Assembly: GCF_003334305.1 (NCBI RefSeq)
Contig: NZ_QOWS01000006.1
Source of the DNA: Escherichia coli
GTDB lineage: Bacteria > Pseudomonadota > Gammaproteobacteria > Enterobacterales > Enterobacteriaceae
Reading direction: 5' to 3' (one strand)
Length of the DNA: 64,000 nucleotides
A program made the position numbers and the translations under genes. The notes beneath the pieces were generated by a model. The model saw only the letters and a program-made list of their open reading frames with translations. It did not search any database and was not told where the DNA came from. The stretch's first letter is position 1; every line of letters starts with the position of its first letter. Of this stretch, positions 21,711 to 40,646 are shown piece after piece.

Positions 21711-22204
21711 TGAGTCAATCGATCTGTTCAACAGGGCTACGCTGGCTGTGGCTGGTGGTAGTCGTGCTGATTATCGATCTGGGCAGCAAATACCTGATCC
21801 TCCAGAACTTTGCTCTGGGGGATACGGTCCCGCTGTTCCCGTCGCTTAATCTGCATTATGCGCGTAACTATGGCGCGGCGTTTAGTTTCCTTGCCGATAG
21901 CGGCGGCTGGCAGCGTTGGTTCTTTGCCGGTATTGCGATTGGTATTAGCGTGATCCTGGCAGTGATGATGTATCGCTCGAAGGCCACGCAGAAGCTAAAC
22001 AATATCGCTTATGCGCTGATTATTGGCGGCGCGCTGGGCAACCTGTTCGACCGCCTGTGGCACGGCTTCGTTGTCGATATGATCGACTTCTACGTCGGCG
22101 ACTGGCACTTCGCCACCTTCAACCTTGCCGATACTGCCATTTGTGTCGGTGCGGCACTGATTGTGCTGGAAGGTTTTTTGCCTTCTAAAGCGAAAAAACA
22201 ATAA
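21710..22204 (+). CDS. lspA: Lipoprotein signal peptidase (signal peptidase II)
   Basis: 164-aa membrane ORF; start ATG overlaps the ileS stop (ATGA). Confidence 0.96.
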
Positions 22205-22210
22205 TAAACC

Positions 22211-22260
22211 CTGCCGGATAAGGCCTACAGATTGCTGCGAAATCGTAGGCCGCATCCGGC
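22211..22260. repeat. REP-like palindromic element
   Basis: gccggataaggcctacag...tgtaggccgcatccggc inverted arrangement between lspA and fkpB. Confidence 0.5.
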
Positions 22261-22291
22261 AAAAATCCTCAAAATATAAGAGCAAACCTGC

Positions 22292-22741
22292 ATGTCTGAA
22301 TCTGTACAGAGCAATAGCGCCGTCCTGGTGCACTTCACGCTAAAACTCGACGATGGCACCACCGCCGAGTCTACCCGCAACAACGGTAAACCGGCGCTGT
22401 TCCGCCTGGGTGATGCTTCTCTTTCTGAAGGGCTGGAGCAACACCTGTTGGGGCTGAAAGTGGGCGATAAAACCACCTTCTCGTTGGAGCCAGATGCGGC
22501 GTTTGGCGTGCCGTCACCGGACCTGATTCAGTACTTCTCCCGCCGTGAATTTATGGATGCAGGCGAGCCAGAAATTGGCGCAATCATGCTTTTTACCGCA
22601 ATGGATGGCAGTGAGATGCCTGGCGTGATCCGCGAAATTAACGGCGACTCCATTACCGTTGATTTCAACCATCCGCTGGCCGGGCAGACCGTTCATTTTG
22701 ATATTGAAGTGCTGGAAATCGATCCGGCACTGGAGGCGTAA
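22292..22741 (+). CDS. fkpB: FKBP-type peptidyl-prolyl cis-trans isomerase FkpB (SlpA)
   Basis: 149-aa [26 protein letters not shown]. Confidence 0.95.
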
Positions 22742-22742
22742 C

Positions 22743-23693
22743 ATGCAGATCCTGTTGGCCAACCCGCGTGGTTTTTGTGCCGGGGTAGACCGCGCTATCA
22801 GCATTGTTGAAAACGCGCTGGCCATTTACGGCGCACCGATATATGTCCGTCACGAAGTGGTACATAACCGCTATGTGGTCGATAGCTTGCGTGAGCGTGG
22901 GGCTATCTTTATTGAGCAGATTAGCGAAGTACCGGACGGCGCGATCCTGATTTTCTCCGCACACGGTGTTTCTCAGGCGGTACGTAACGAAGCAAAAAGT
23001 CGCGATTTGACGGTATTTGACGCGACCTGTCCGCTGGTGACCAAAGTGCATATGGAAGTCGCCCGCGCTAGTCGCCGTGGCGAAGAATCTATTCTCATCG
23101 GTCACGCCGGGCACCCGGAAGTGGAAGGCACGATGGGTCAGTACAGCAACCCGGAAGGGGGAATGTATCTGGTTGAATCACCAGACGATGTGTGGAAACT
23201 GACGGTCAAAAACGAAGAGAAACTCTCCTTTATGACCCAGACCACGCTGTCGGTGGATGACACGTCTGATGTGATCGACGCGCTGCGTAAACGCTTCCCG
23301 AAAATTGTCGGTCCGCGCAAAGATGACATCTGCTACGCCACGACTAACCGACAGGAAGCGGTACGTGCCCTGGCCGAACAGGCGGAAGTTGTGCTGGTGG
23401 TCGGTTCGAAAAACTCCTCTAACTCCAACCGTCTGGCGGAGCTGGCCCAGCGTATGGGCAAAAGCGCGTTTTTGATTGATGATGCGAAAGATATCCAGGA
23501 AGAGTGGGTGAAAGAGGTTAAATGCGTCGGCGTGACTGCGGGCGCATCGGCTCCGGATATTCTGGTGCAGAATGTGGTGGCACGTTTGCAACAGCTGGGC
23601 GGTGGTGAAGCCATTCCGCTGGAAGGACGTGAAGAAAACATTGTTTTCGAAGTGCCGAAAGAGCTGCGTGTCGATATTCGTGAAGTCGATTAA
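22743..23693 (+). CDS. ispH: 4-hydroxy-3-methylbut-2-enyl diphosphate reductase IspH (LytB)
   Basis: ORF 22659..23693; ATG at 22743 gives the 316-aa protein [19 protein letters not shown], two nucleotides after the fkpB stop. Confidence 0.95.
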   Translation: MQILLANPRGFCAGVDRAISIVENALAIYGAPIYVRHEVVHNRYVVDSLRERGAIFIEQISEVPDGAILIFSAHGVSQAVRNEAKSRDLTVFDATCPLVTKVHMEVARASRRGEESILIGHAGHPEVEGTMGQYSNPEGGMYLVESPDDVWKLTVKNEEKLSFMTQTTLSVDDTSDVIDALRKRFPKIVGPRKDDICYATTNRQEAVRALAEQAEVVLVVGSKNSSNSNRLAELAQRMGKSAFLIDDAKDIQEEWVKEVKCVGVTAGASAPDILVQNVVARLQQLGGGEAIPLEGREENIVFEVPKELRVDIREVD

Positions 23694-23758
23694 GTCATTA
23701 GCAGCCTAAGTTATGCGAAAATGCCGGTCTTGTTACCGGCATTTTTTATGGAGAAAAC

Positions 23759-24673
23759 ATGCGTTTACCTATCTTCCTCGATACTGACCCCGGCATTGAC
23801 GATGCCGTCGCCATTGCCGCCGCGATTTTTGCACCCGAACTCGACCTGCAACTGATGACCACCGTCGCGGGTAATGTCTCGGTTGAGAAAACTACCCGCA
23901 ATGCCCTGCAACTGCTGCATTTCTGGAATGCGGAGATTCCGCTCGCCCAAGGGGCCGCTGTGCCGCTGGTACGCGCACCGCGTGATGCGGCATCTGTGCA
24001 CGGCGAATCGGGAATGGCTGGCTACGACTTTGTTGAGCACAACCGAAAGCCGCTCGGGATACCGGCGTTTCTGGCGATTCGGGATGCCCTGATGCGTGCA
24101 CCAGAGCCTGTTACCCTGGTGGCCATTGGCCCGTTAACCAATATTGCGCTGTTACTTTCACAATGCCCGGAATGCAAGCCGTATATTCGCCGTCTGGTGA
24201 TCATGGGTGGTTCTGCCGGACGCGGCAACTGTACGCCAAACGCCGAGTTTAATATCGCTGCCGATCCAGAAGCGGCTGCCTGTGTCTTCCGTAGCGGAAT
24301 CGAAATCGTCATGTGCGGTCTGGATGTCACCAATCAGGCAATATTAACCCCTGACTATCTCGCTACTTTGCCGGAGTTGAATCGCACCGGAAAAATGCTT
24401 CATGCACTGTTTAGCTACTACCGTAGCGGCAGTATGCAAAGCGGTCTGCGAATGCACGATCTCTGCGCCATCGCCTGGCTGGTGCGCCCGGACTTATTCA
24501 CCCTCAAGCCGTGTTTTGTCGCGGTAGAAACTCAAGGCGAATTTACCTCAGGCACGACGGTGGTTGATATCGACGGTTGCCTGGGCAAACCAGCCAATGT
24601 AAAGGTGGCATTGGATCTGGATGTGAAAGGCTTCCAGCAGTGGGTGGCTGAGGTGCTGGCTCTGGCGTCGTAA
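23759..24673 (+). CDS. rihC: Non-specific ribonucleoside hydrolase RihC
   Basis: 304-aa ORF with the nucleoside hydrolase DTDPGIDD motif. Confidence 0.94.
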   Translation: MRLPIFLDTDPGIDDAVAIAAAIFAPELDLQLMTTVAGNVSVEKTTRNALQLLHFWNAEIPLAQGAAVPLVRAPRDAASVHGESGMAGYDFVEHNRKPLGIPAFLAIRDALMRAPEPVTLVAIGPLTNIALLLSQCPECKPYIRRLVIMGGSAGRGNCTPNAEFNIAADPEAAACVFRSGIEIVMCGLDVTNQAILTPDYLATLPELNRTGKMLHALFSYYRSGSMQSGLRMHDLCAIAWLVRPDLFTLKPCFVAVETQGEFTSGTTVVDIDGCLGKPANVKVALDLDVKGFQQWVAEVLALAS

Positions 24674-24824
24674 CCTGTCACATGTTATCGGCATGCAGTC
24701 ATTCATCGACTCATGCCTTTCACTGATATCCCTCCCTGTTTATCATTAATTTCTAATTATCAGCGTTTTTGGCTGGCGGCGTAGCGATGCGCTGGTTACT
24801 CTGAAAACGGTCTATGCAAATTAA

Positions 24825-25661
<837 letters not shown>

Positions 25662-26065
25662 CCACAAAATATTTGTTATGGTGCAAAAATAACACATTTA
25701 ATTTATTGATTGTAAAGGGCTTTAATTTTTGGCCCTTTTATTTTTAGTGTTATGTTTTTAAATTGTCTATAAGTGCCAAAAATTACATGTTTTGTCTTCG
25801 GTTTTTGTTGTTTTAATGTAAATTTTGACCATTTGGTCCACTTTTCCCTACTCGCTTTTATTTCATGCAATCTTCTTGCTGCGCAAGCGTTTTCCAGAAC
25901 AGGTTATATGATCTTTTTGCCGCTTAATGCCTGTAAAACATGCATGAGCCACAAAATAATATAAAAAATCCCGCCATTAAGTTGACTTTTAGCGCCCATA
26001 TCTCCAGAATGCCGCCGTTTGCCAGAAATTCGTCGGTAAGCAGATTTGCATTGATTTACGTCATC

Positions 26066-26108
26066 ATTGTGAATTAATATGCAAATAAAGTGAGTGAATA
26101 TTCTCTGG
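26066..26108 (+). promoter_or_regulatory. carAB promoter P2 with tandem ArgR operators (ARG boxes)
   Basis: tgtgaattaatatgcaaa and agtgagtgaatattctct, each close to the ARG-box consensus tnTGAATwwwwATTCAnw, immediately upstream of carA. Confidence 0.55.
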
Positions 26109-26116
26109 AGGGTGTT

Positions 26117-27265
26117 TTGATTAAGTCAGCGCTATTGGTTCTGGAAGACGGAACCCAGTTTCACGGTCGGGCCATAGGGGCAACAGGTTCGGCGGTTGGG
26201 GAAGTCGTTTTCAATACTTCAATGACCGGTTATCAAGAAATCCTCACTGATCCTTCCTATTCTCGTCAAATCGTTACTCTTACTTATCCCCATATTGGCA
26301 ATGTCGGCACTAATGACGCCGATGAAGAATCTTCTCAGGTACATGCACAAGGTCTGGTGATTCGCGACCTGCCGCTGATTGCCAGCAACTTCCGTAATAC
26401 CGAAGACCTCTCTTCTTACCTGAAGCGCCATAACATCGTGGCGATTGCCGATATCGATACCCGTAAGCTGACACGTTTACTGCGCGAGAAAGGCGCACAG
26501 AATGGCTGCATTATCGCAGGCGATAACCCGGGTGCGGCGTTGGCGTTAGAAAAAGCCCGCGCGTTCCCAGGTCTGAATGGCATGGATCTGGCAAAAGAAG
26601 TGACCACCGCAGAAGCCTATAGCTGGACACAAGGGAGCTGGACGTTGACCGGCGGCCTGCCAGAAGCGAAAAAAGAAGACGAGCTGCCGTTCCACGTCGT
26701 GGCTTATGATTTTGGTGCCAAGCGCAACATCCTGCGCATGTTGGTGGACAGAGGCTGTCGCCTGACCATCGTTCCGGCGCAAACTTCTGCGGAAGATGTG
26801 CTGAAAATGAATCCAGACGGCATCTTCCTCTCCAACGGTCCTGGCGACCCGGCCCCGTGCGATTACGCCATTACCGCCATCCAGAAATTCCTCGAAACCG
26901 ATATTCCGGTCTTCGGCATCTGCCTCGGTCATCAGCTGCTGGCGCTGGCGAGCGGTGCGAAGACTGTCAAAATGAAATTTGGTCACCACGGCGGCAACCA
27001 TCCGGTTAAAGATGTTGAGAAAAACGTGGTGATGATCACCGCCCAGAACCACGGTTTTGCGGTGGACGAAGCAACATTACCAGCAAACCTGCGTGTCACG
27101 CATAAATCCCTGTTCGACGGTACGTTACAGGGCATTCATCGCACCGATAAACCGGCGTTCAGCTTCCAGGGGCACCCTGAAGCCAGCCCTGGTCCACACG
27201 ACGCCGCGCCGTTGTTCGACCACTTTATCGAGTTAATTGAGCAGTACCGTAAAACCGCTAAGTAA
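26117..27265 (+). CDS. carA: Carbamoyl-phosphate synthase small (glutaminase) subunit
   Basis: ORF 26090..27265; a 382-aa product ([12 protein letters not shown]...) requires the TTG at 26117 as start; glutamine amidotransferase GICLGHQ motif. Confidence 0.93.
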   Translation: MIKSALLVLEDGTQFHGRAIGATGSAVGEVVFNTSMTGYQEILTDPSYSRQIVTLTYPHIGNVGTNDADEESSQVHAQGLVIRDLPLIASNFRNTEDLSSYLKRHNIVAIADIDTRKLTRLLREKGAQNGCIIAGDNPGAALALEKARAFPGLNGMDLAKEVTTAEAYSWTQGSWTLTGGLPEAKKEDELPFHVVAYDFGAKRNILRMLVDRGCRLTIVPAQTSAEDVLKMNPDGIFLSNGPGDPAPCDYAITAIQKFLETDIPVFGICLGHQLLALASGAKTVKMKFGHHGGNHPVKDVEKNVVMITAQNHGFAVDEATLPANLRVTHKSLFDGTLQGIHRTDKPAFSFQGHPEASPGPHDAAPLFDHFIELIEQYRKTAK

Positions 27266-27282
27266 TCAGGAGTAAAAGAGCC

Positions 27283-30504
<3,222 letters not shown>

Positions 30505-30764
30505 TAGCGTGTCATGGCGGATATTTTTCATCCGCTAATTTGATCGAATAAGTAATACGGTTCTCTGATGAGGACCGTTTTTTTTGCCCATTAAGTAAAT
30601 CTTTTGGGGAATCGATATTTTTGATGACATAAGCAGGATTTAGCTCACACTTATCGACGGTGAAGTTGCATACTATCGATATATCCACAATTTTAATATG
30701 GCCTTGTTTAATTGCTTCAAAACGAGTCATAGCCAGACTTTTAATTTGTGAAACTGGAGTTCGT

Positions 30765-31160
30765 ATGTGTGAAGGATATGTTGAAAAACCACTCTACTTG
30801 TTAATCGCCGAATGGATGATGGCTGAAAATCGGTGGGTGATAGCAAGAGAGATCTCTATTCATTTCGATATTGAACACAGCAAGGCGGTTAATACCCTGA
30901 CTTATATTCTGTCGGAAGTCGCAGAAATAAGCTGCGAAGTTAAGATGATCCCTAATAAGCTGGAAGGACGGGGATGCCAGTGCCAGCGACTGGTAAAAGT
31001 GGTCGATATCGATGAGCAAATTTACGCGCGCCTGCGCAATAACAGCCGGGATAAATTAGTCGGCGTAAGAAAGACGCCGCGTATTCCTGCCGTTCCGCTC
31101 ACGGAACTTAACCGCGAGCAGAAGTGGCAGATGATGTTGTCAAAGAGTATGCGTCGTTAA
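30765..31160 (+). CDS. caiF: Transcriptional activator CaiF of the cai and fix operons
   Basis: ORF 30660..31160; ATG at 30765 gives the 131-aa protein MCEGYVEKPLYLLIAEW. Confidence 0.9.
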   Translation: MCEGYVEKPLYLLIAEWMMAENRWVIAREISIHFDIEHSKAVNTLTYILSEVAEISCEVKMIPNKLEGRGCQCQRLVKVVDIDEQIYARLRNNSRDKLVGVRKTPRIPAVPLTELNREQKWQMMLSKSMRR

Positions 31161-31245
31161 TTTTATCTCGTTGATACCGGGCGTCCTGCTTGCCAGATGC
31201 GATGTTGTAGCATCTTATCCAGCAACCAGGTCGCATCCGGCAAGA

Positions 31246-31836
31246 TCACCGTTTAGGCGTCACATCCGTCGTCCCCTGCAAACGGGGGCGATTTTCCTCC
31301 ATTTGCCTCAGTGGCTGTGTTTCATGTAACGATGCATGACAGCGCCCGACAAGATCCTGATACTCTTTGGTATTCAACCGTTTCCAGTGTAACTCGTCGT
31401 CACTAACACTGCGTACAGCGCGGGCTGGCGTACCCATCAACAACTGGCGTTTCTCGCCGTGAAAGCCTGCTTTGACAAAGCTCATGGCGGCAACAATGCT
31501 CTCTTCGCCAATGACCGCGCCATCCATAATCACGCTGTTCATCCCGACCAATGCATCGCGACCAATCACACAACCATGCAGGATCGCTCCGTGCCCGATA
31601 TGGCCGTTTTCCCCAACGATGGTGTCAGTGTCGCAGTAGCCATGCATAATGCAGCCATCCTGAATATTGGCTCCCGCTTGCACGATCAACCGCCCGTAGT
31701 CACCACGCAGTGAGGCGAGTGGGCCGATGTAGACACCGGCTCCCACAATCACATCGCCAATCAAGACGGCACTGGGATGGACAAACGCCGTCGGGTGAAC
31801 CACCGGAATTAACCCCTCAAAGGCGTAATAGCTCAC
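31246..31836 (-). CDS. caiE: Carnitine operon protein CaiE (hexapeptide-repeat, gamma-carbonic-anhydrase-like)
   Basis: ORF 31246..31857; an inferred GTG start at 31836 gives 196 aa and leaves 5 nt before caiD. Confidence 0.85.
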
Positions 31837-31841
31837 GGTTG

Positions 31842-32627
31842 TTAACGTCCTTTCCACACCGGATCGCGCTTCTCGGCAAACGCCAGCGGCCCTTCAATGG
31901 CATCCTCCGAATGCAGAACCGACGGATAGTGTTTCAACACGCCGCTGCGAATATAGCGATACGCTTCTTCTACCGGCATTTCGCTGGTGGTGCGGAAGAT
32001 CTCTTTCAGCGCCGCAATCGCCAGCGGGGCGCTGTTAACCAGCTGCTGCGCCAGTTCGCGGGCGTTATCCATCAGTTCCGCCTGGCTAACCACGCGGTTG
32101 ACTATCCCCCAACGCAGCGCCTCTTCTGCGCCCATTCGTCTGCCGGTCATCACCATTTCATTGACGATGGCAGGCGGCAGGATCTTCGGTAGACGCAGCA
32201 CGCCGCCGCTGTCAGGAACGATGCCCAGCTTGGCTTCCGGCAGGGCGAAGCTGGCGTTATCGGCACAAACAATAAAATCTGCCGCCAGCGCCAGTTCGAA
32301 ACCGCCGCCAAAGGCATAGCCGTTCACAGCTGCGATAACCGGTTTGTCGAGATTGAAAATTTCGGTTAATCCCGCAAATCCACCCGGGCCAAAGTCAGCA
32401 TCCGGTGCTTCGCCTTCTGCTGCCGCTTTTAAATCCCAGCCCGCGGAAAAGAACTTCTCTCCGGCACCGGTAATAATGGCGACACGTAATTGCGGATCGT
32501 CACGGAAATTTAGAAATACTTCGCCCATTTCAAAGCTGGTTTTTGCATCAATAGCATTCGCTTTTGGACGATCAAGGGTAATTTCCAGAATTGATCCATT
32601 GCGGGTCAGATGTAATGATTCACTCAT
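31842..32627 (-). CDS. caiD: Carnitinyl-CoA dehydratase (crotonase family)
   Basis: ORF 31842..32735; internal ATG at 32627 gives the 261-aa protein [21 protein letters not shown]. Confidence 0.93.
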   Translation of the reverse strand: MSESLHLTRNGSILEITLDRPKANAIDAKTSFEMGEVFLNFRDDPQLRVAIITGAGEKFFSAGWDLKAAAEGEAPDADFGPGGFAGLTEIFNLDKPVIAAVNGYAFGGGFELALAADFIVCADNASFALPEAKLGIVPDSGGVLRLPKILPPAIVNEMVMTGRRMGAEEALRWGIVNRVVSQAELMDNARELAQQLVNSAPLAIAALKEIFRTTSEMPVEEAYRYIRSGVLKHYPSVLHSEDAIEGPLAFAEKRDPVWKGR

Positions 32628-32735
32628 TCCTTTTCTCCATTTTTGCTTTTTCAGGGACGACAACATCCCTGCAAAAAATGCATATTGTTTTATAGCGTGA
32701 TTATTAGCTGGCAGGGTAGTTCCCTGCTGTTTCAT

Positions 32736-34289
32736 TTATTTCAGATTCTTTCTAATTATTTTCCCCGAGCAATTACGTGGCAGATCTTTTCTGATCTCCA
32801 GATAAGAGGGCACTTTAAATTTCGCCATATTTTGTTCGCAGAAGCGGAAAAATTCCTCTTCGCTCAATGTTTCACCTTCATTCAGCACCACAAATGCTTT
32901 GATGGCTTCATCGCGAATCGAATCTTTAATACCCACAACCACGATATCCTGAATTTTTGGATGGGTGGCGATGATATTTTCCAGCTCCACGCAGGAGACA
33001 TTCTCGCCACCGCGTTTGATCATATTGCAGCGGCGATCGACGAAATAAAAAAAGCCCTCTTCGTCGCAGTATCCGGTATCGCCGGTATGTAGCCAGCCGT
33101 CGGCTTCCAGCACTTTCGCAGTGGCTTTCGGGTTGAGAAAATACTCTTTGAAGATGGTTTTCCCTGGTACGCCTTTAATACAGATTTCACCGATCTCACC
33201 TGCCGGGAGCGGGCGATTGTGATCGTCGCGGATCTCCGCTTCGTAGCAAAACCCCGCCCGACCAATCGACGGCCAGCGTCGTTTATCGCCAGGGCGATCG
33301 CCGATAATGCCCACAATGGTTTCCGTCATCCCATAAGACGTCAGCAAGCGAACGCCGAAGCGTTCACAAAACGCATCTTTTTCCTGCTCCGACAAGTTGA
33401 GATAAAACATCACTTCCCGCAGGCGGTGTTGCCGATCGTTCGCTGAAGGCGGCTGCACCATCAACGTACGGATCATCATCGGAATACATTCGGTAATGGT
33501 GGCGCGGTACTTCTGCACCTGTCCCCAGAAGGCGCGGGCGCTGTATTTCTCGACCAGCACAAAGGTGGCCCCGGCAGAAAACGCCGCCATCGCCGCAGTA
33601 CACTGGCAATCGATATGAAACGCAGGCATTACCGTCAGGTAGACGTCATCGTCACGCAGTGCACACTGCCAGGCGGAGTAATATCCAGCGAAGCGCAGGT
33701 TGTAATGGGTAATCACCACACCTTTCGGTCGGGAGGTGGTGCCGGAGGTGAAGAGAATTTCCGCCGTATCGTCAGTCGATAGCGGCGGTGCATAGCACAA
33801 GGTGGCAGGTTGTTGATTTTTCAGTTGAGTAAACGAACTCACGCCATCATCAGCGGGAAGTGCCACATCTGTCAGGCAAATGTGCCGCAATTGAGTGGCA
33901 TCTTCCTGCTGAATCTGTTGATACATAGGATAGAATTGCGCACTGGTCACCAGCAGGCACGCCTGGCTATTTTGCAGGATCCACGCGCTTTCCTCGCGTA
34001 ACAGGCGGGCGTTAATCGGCACCATAATCGCGCCAATTTTTGCCAGCCCGAACCAGCAAAAGATAAATTCCGGGCAGTTGTCGAGATGTAGTGCAACCTT
34101 GTCGCCTTTGCGAATCCCCAGCGTATAAAACAGGTTTGCCGTGCGGTTAATCTCCTGATTTAACTCAAGATAACTATACCGGTTAACGACTCCGCCGCTG
34201 GATTCACAAATCAGCGCCGTTTTATGACCGTAAACGTCCGCAAGATCGTCCCACATTTGACGTAGATGTTGTCCGCCAATGATATCCAT
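32736..34289 (-). CDS. caiC: Crotonobetaine/carnitine--CoA ligase
   Basis: ORF 32736..34304; ATG at 34289 gives the 517-aa protein [15 protein letters not shown]; acyl-CoA synthetase family. Confidence 0.93.
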   Translation of the reverse strand: MDIIGGQHLRQMWDDLADVYGHKTALICESSGGVVNRYSYLELNQEINRTANLFYTLGIRKGDKVALHLDNCPEFIFCWFGLAKIGAIMVPINARLLREESAWILQNSQACLLVTSAQFYPMYQQIQQEDATQLRHICLTDVALPADDGVSSFTQLKNQQPATLCYAPPLSTDDTAEILFTSGTTSRPKGVVITHYNLRFAGYYSAWQCALRDDDVYLTVMPAFHIDCQCTAAMAAFSAGATFVLVEKYSARAFWGQVQKYRATITECIPMMIRTLMVQPPSANDRQHRLREVMFYLNLSEQEKDAFCERFGVRLLTSYGMTETIVGIIGDRPGDKRRWPSIGRAGFCYEAEIRDDHNRPLPAGEIGEICIKGVPGKTIFKEYFLNPKATAKVLEADGWLHTGDTGYCDEEGFFYFVDRRCNMIKRGGENVSCVELENIIATHPKIQDIVVVGIKDSIRDEAIKAFVVLNEGETLSEEEFFRFCEQNMAKFKVPSYLEIRKDLPRNCSGKIIRKNLK

Positions 34290-34362
34290 TGCACCTCTAT
34301 CCATTTTTGTTCGTTTGTTATTGGGCGGGCGCTAGTCAGGCAAGCCGACTGACGCCACGCGT

Positions 34363-35598
<1,236 letters not shown>

Positions 35599-35609
35599 TT
35601 ATGTAGCGC

Positions 35610-35700
35610 ATGACTGCCGGATGCGGCGTAAACGCTTTATCCGGCCTACATTCGTGCTCCCGTAGGCCTGATAAGACGCATTAGCGTCGCATCAGGCAGC
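35610..35700. repeat. BIME made of two REP elements
   Basis: gccggatgcggcgtaaacgctttatccggcctaca followed by gtaggcctgataagacgcattagcgtcgcatcaggc, between caiB and caiA. Confidence 0.6.
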
Positions 35701-35708
35701 GCACGGAC

Positions 35709-36851
35709 TTAGCGGTATTGCTTCAGCACCGCGCGACCCAGCGTCAGGATCTGCATTTCGTCAGATCCCCCGGAGACGCGGTCTACACGCAGATCACGCC
35801 AGAAGCGGCTGATGCGGTGGTTGCCCGCAATCCCGACACCGCCCAGCACCTGCATTGCGCTATCCACCACTTCAAATGCCGCATTGGCGCAGAAGTATTT
35901 GCACATCGCTGCATCGCCAGAGGTGATGGTGCCGTTGTCTGCTTTCCACGCTGCTTCATACAGCATGTTTTTCATGGAGTTTAATTTGATCGCCATGTGG
36001 GCGAATTTTTCCTGAATCAACTGGAAACGACCAATAGCCTCGCCAAACTGCACGCGCTGGTTGGCGTAGCGCGCCGCATCTTCAAAGGCGCACATCGCCG
36101 TACCGTAGTTGGTGAGGGCTACCAGGAAACGTTCATGATCGAACTCTTCTTTGACGCGGTTAAAGCCGTTACCTTCCCGACCGAACATGTCTTTCTCGTC
36201 CAGTTCCACGTCGTCAAAGGTGATTTCACAGCAGCTATCCATACGCAGACCGAGCTTTTCAAGTTTGGTCACTTTGATGCCCGGTTTGCTCATATCAACA
36301 AACCATTCGGTGTAGACAGGTTTGTCCGGAGAAGCCCCGTCGCGCGCCATCACCACGATGTACGGGGTGTAGGCGCTGCTGGTAATAAAACACTTACTAC
36401 CATTAAGATAAATCTTACCATTTCTACGGGTATAAGTCGTTTTCAGGCTACCCACGTCGGAGCCCGCGCCCGGTTCGGTAATCGCTGAGTTCCACATCTG
36501 CTTACCGGTGCCGCGGAAAGCCATAATCTTGTCGATCTGCTCTTGTGTGCCTTCGCGCAGGAAGGTGTTGAACCCGCCCGGCAACTGGTACAGCACATAG
36601 GTTGGTGCCCCCAGACGTCCCAGCTCCATCCACACGGCGGCGAGAGTAACAAACCCCGCGTCCAGACCACCGTGCTCTTCAGGGATCAGCAGACTGTCGA
36701 TACCCATATCCGCCAGTGCTTTGACAAAACGTTCCGGGTAGACGCTGTCACGGTCGCACTCGGCAAAATAGGCCTCCCAGTTTTCGCTGGCCATCAGTTC
36801 GCGGATACCGGCGACAAACAGTTCCTGCTCATCATTTAAATTAAAATCCAT
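35709..36851 (-). CDS. caiA: Crotonobetainyl-CoA dehydrogenase (reductase)
   Basis: 380-aa acyl-CoA dehydrogenase-family ORF. Confidence 0.96.
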
Positions 36852-36881
36852 CTTTCAACCTCTTGATATTTTGGGGGTTAA

Positions 36882-38399
<1,518 letters not shown>

Positions 38400-38647
38400 T
38401 TAATTCCACTGTGAAAACGAATATTTATTTTGCGTTCCCGTTTGTTTTATTTTTGTTAACATTTAATATAATTATTATTAACCTCGTGGACGCGTTAATG
38501 GCTAACTCATAATGGGTATTCAATAAGCTGCATTCTGTGATTGTTATCACATTTTTGTTTCGGGTGAATAGAGGGCGCTTTTCTCGTTAATTTTGATTAT
38601 TAATCAGTTTGTTATGTTGTGTTGTGAGTAAAAAAATAGCATCTGAC

Positions 38648-38778
38648 TTTCAATATTGGTGATCCATAAAGCAATATTGAAAATTTCTTTTTGCTACGCC
38701 ATGTTTTCAATATTGGTGAGGAACTTAACAATATTGAAAGTTGGATTTATCTGCGTGTGACATTTTCAATATTGGTGA
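38648..38778. promoter_or_regulatory. cai/fix divergent control region with reiterated CaiF-type operator half-sites
   Basis: TTTCAATATTG-N13-CAATATTGAAA appears twice (38648..38682 and 38705..38739), with a third TTTCAATATTGGTGA at 38764..38778; spacing is about 57-59 bp. Confidence 0.6.
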
Positions 38779-38869
38779 TTAAAGTTTTATTTCCAAATTA
38801 AAGGGCGTGATATCTGTAATTAACACCACCGATATGAACGACGTTTCCTTCATGATTTCTGGAGATGCA

Positions 38870-39640
38870 ATGAAGATTATTACTTGCTATAAGTGCGTGC
38901 CTGATGAACAGGATATTGCGGTCAATAATGCTGATGGTTCATTAGACTTCAGCAAAGCCGATGCCAAAATAAGCCAATACGATCTGAACGCTATTGAAGC
39001 GGCTTGCCAGCTAAAGCAACAGGCAGCAGAGGCGCAGGTGACGGCCTTAAGTGTGGGCGGTAAAGCCCTGACCAACGCCAAAGGGCGTAAAGATGTGCTA
39101 TCGCGCGGCCCGGATGAACTGATTGTGGTGATTGATGACCAGTTCGAGCAGGCACTGCCGCAACAAACGGCGAGCGCACTGGCTGCAGCCGCCCAGAAAG
39201 CAGGCTTTGATTTGATCCTCTGTGGCGATGGTTCTTCCGACCTTTATGCCCAGCAGGTTGGTCTGCTGGTGGGTGAAATCCTCAATATTCCGGCAGTTAA
39301 CGGCGTCAGCAAAATTATCTCCCTGACGGCAGATACCCTCACCGTTGAGCGCGAACTGGAAGATGAAACCGAAACCTTAAGCATTCCGCTGCCTGCGGTT
39401 GTTGCTGTTTCCACTGATATCAACTCCCCACAAATTCCTTCGATGAAAGCCATTCTCGGCGCGGCGAAAAAGCCAGTCCAGGTATGGTCGGCGGCGGATA
39501 TCGGTTTTAACGCCGTGGACGCCTGGTCTGAACAACAGGTTGCTGCGCCGAAACAGCGCGAACGTCAGCGCATCGTGATTGAAGGCGACGGCGAAGAACA
39601 GATCGCCGCATTTGCTGAAAATCTTCGCAAAGTCATTTAA
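38870..39640 (+). CDS. fixA: Electron transfer flavoprotein beta-subunit homolog FixA
   Basis: ORF 38807..39640; ATG at 38870 gives the 256-aa protein [15 protein letters not shown]. Confidence 0.94.
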
Positions 39641-39654
39641 TTACAGGGGATGCT

Positions 39655-40596
39655 ATGAACACGTTTTCTCAAGTCTGGGTATTCAGCGATACCCCTTCTC
39701 GTCTGCCGGAACTGATGAACGGTGCGCAGGCTTTAGCTAATCAAATCAACACCTTTGTCCTCAATGATGCCGACGGCGTACAGGCAATCCAGCTCGGCGC
39801 TAATCATGTCTGGAAATTAAACGGCAAACCGGACGATCGGATGATCGAAGATTACGCCGGTGTCATGGCTGACACTATTCGCCAGCACGGCGCAGACGGC
39901 CTGGTGCTGCTGCCAAACACCCGTCGCGGCAAATTACTGGCGGCAAAACTGGGTTATCGCCTTAAAGCGGCGGTGTCTAACGATGCCAGCACCGTCAGCG
40001 TACAGGACGGTAAAGCGACAGTGAAACACATGGTTTACGGTGGTCTGGCGATTGGCGAAGAACGCATTGCCACGCCGTATGCGGTACTGACCATCAGCAG
40101 CGGCACGTTCGATGCGGCTCAGCCAGACGCGTCACGCACTGGCGAAACGCACACCGTGGAGTGGCAGGCTCCGGCTGTGGCGATTACCCGCACGGCAACC
40201 CAGGCGCGCCAGAGCAACAGCGTCGATCTCGACAAAGCCCGTCTGGTGGTCAGCGTCGGTCGCGGTATTGGCAGCAAAGAGAACATTGCGCTGGCAGAAC
40301 AGCTTTGCAAGGCGATAGGTGCGGAGTTGGCCTGTTCTCGTCCGGTGGCGGAAAACGAAAAATGGATGGAGCACGAACGCTATGTCGGTATCTCCAACCT
40401 GATGCTGAAACCTGAACTGTACCTGGCGGTGGGGATCTCCGGGCAGATCCAGCACATGGTTGGTGCTAATGCATCGCAAACCATTTTCGCCATCAACAAA
40501 GATAAAAATGCGCCGATCTTCCAGTACGCGGATTACGGCATTGTTGGCGACGCCGTGAAGATCCTTCCGGCGCTGACCGCAGCTTTAGCGCGTTGA
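39655..40596 (+). CDS. fixB: Electron transfer flavoprotein alpha-subunit homolog FixB
   Basis: 313-aa [15 protein letters not shown]. Confidence 0.95.
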   Translation: MNTFSQVWVFSDTPSRLPELMNGAQALANQINTFVLNDADGVQAIQLGANHVWKLNGKPDDRMIEDYAGVMADTIRQHGADGLVLLPNTRRGKLLAAKLGYRLKAAVSNDASTVSVQDGKATVKHMVYGGLAIGEERIATPYAVLTISSGTFDAAQPDASRTGETHTVEWQAPAVAITRTATQARQSNSVDLDKARLVVSVGRGIGSKENIALAEQLCKAIGAELACSRPVAENEKWMEHERYVGISNLMLKPELYLAVGISGQIQHMVGANASQTIFAINKDKNAPIFQYADYGIVGDAVKILPALTAALAR

Positions 40597-40646
40597 TCCA
40601 CTCTGGCAGGGCTGCATTTTGGCCCTGCCGCTGACAGGGAGCTCTT

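Noticed and set aside
38640-38780. The repeated TTTCAATATTGGTGA motifs as a small CRISPR array or IS terminal repeats
   Set aside because: The repeats are short (about 15 bp), arranged as inverted half-sites with irregular spacers, have no adjacent cas or transposase gene, and lie in a known divergent promoter region. They are operator sites.
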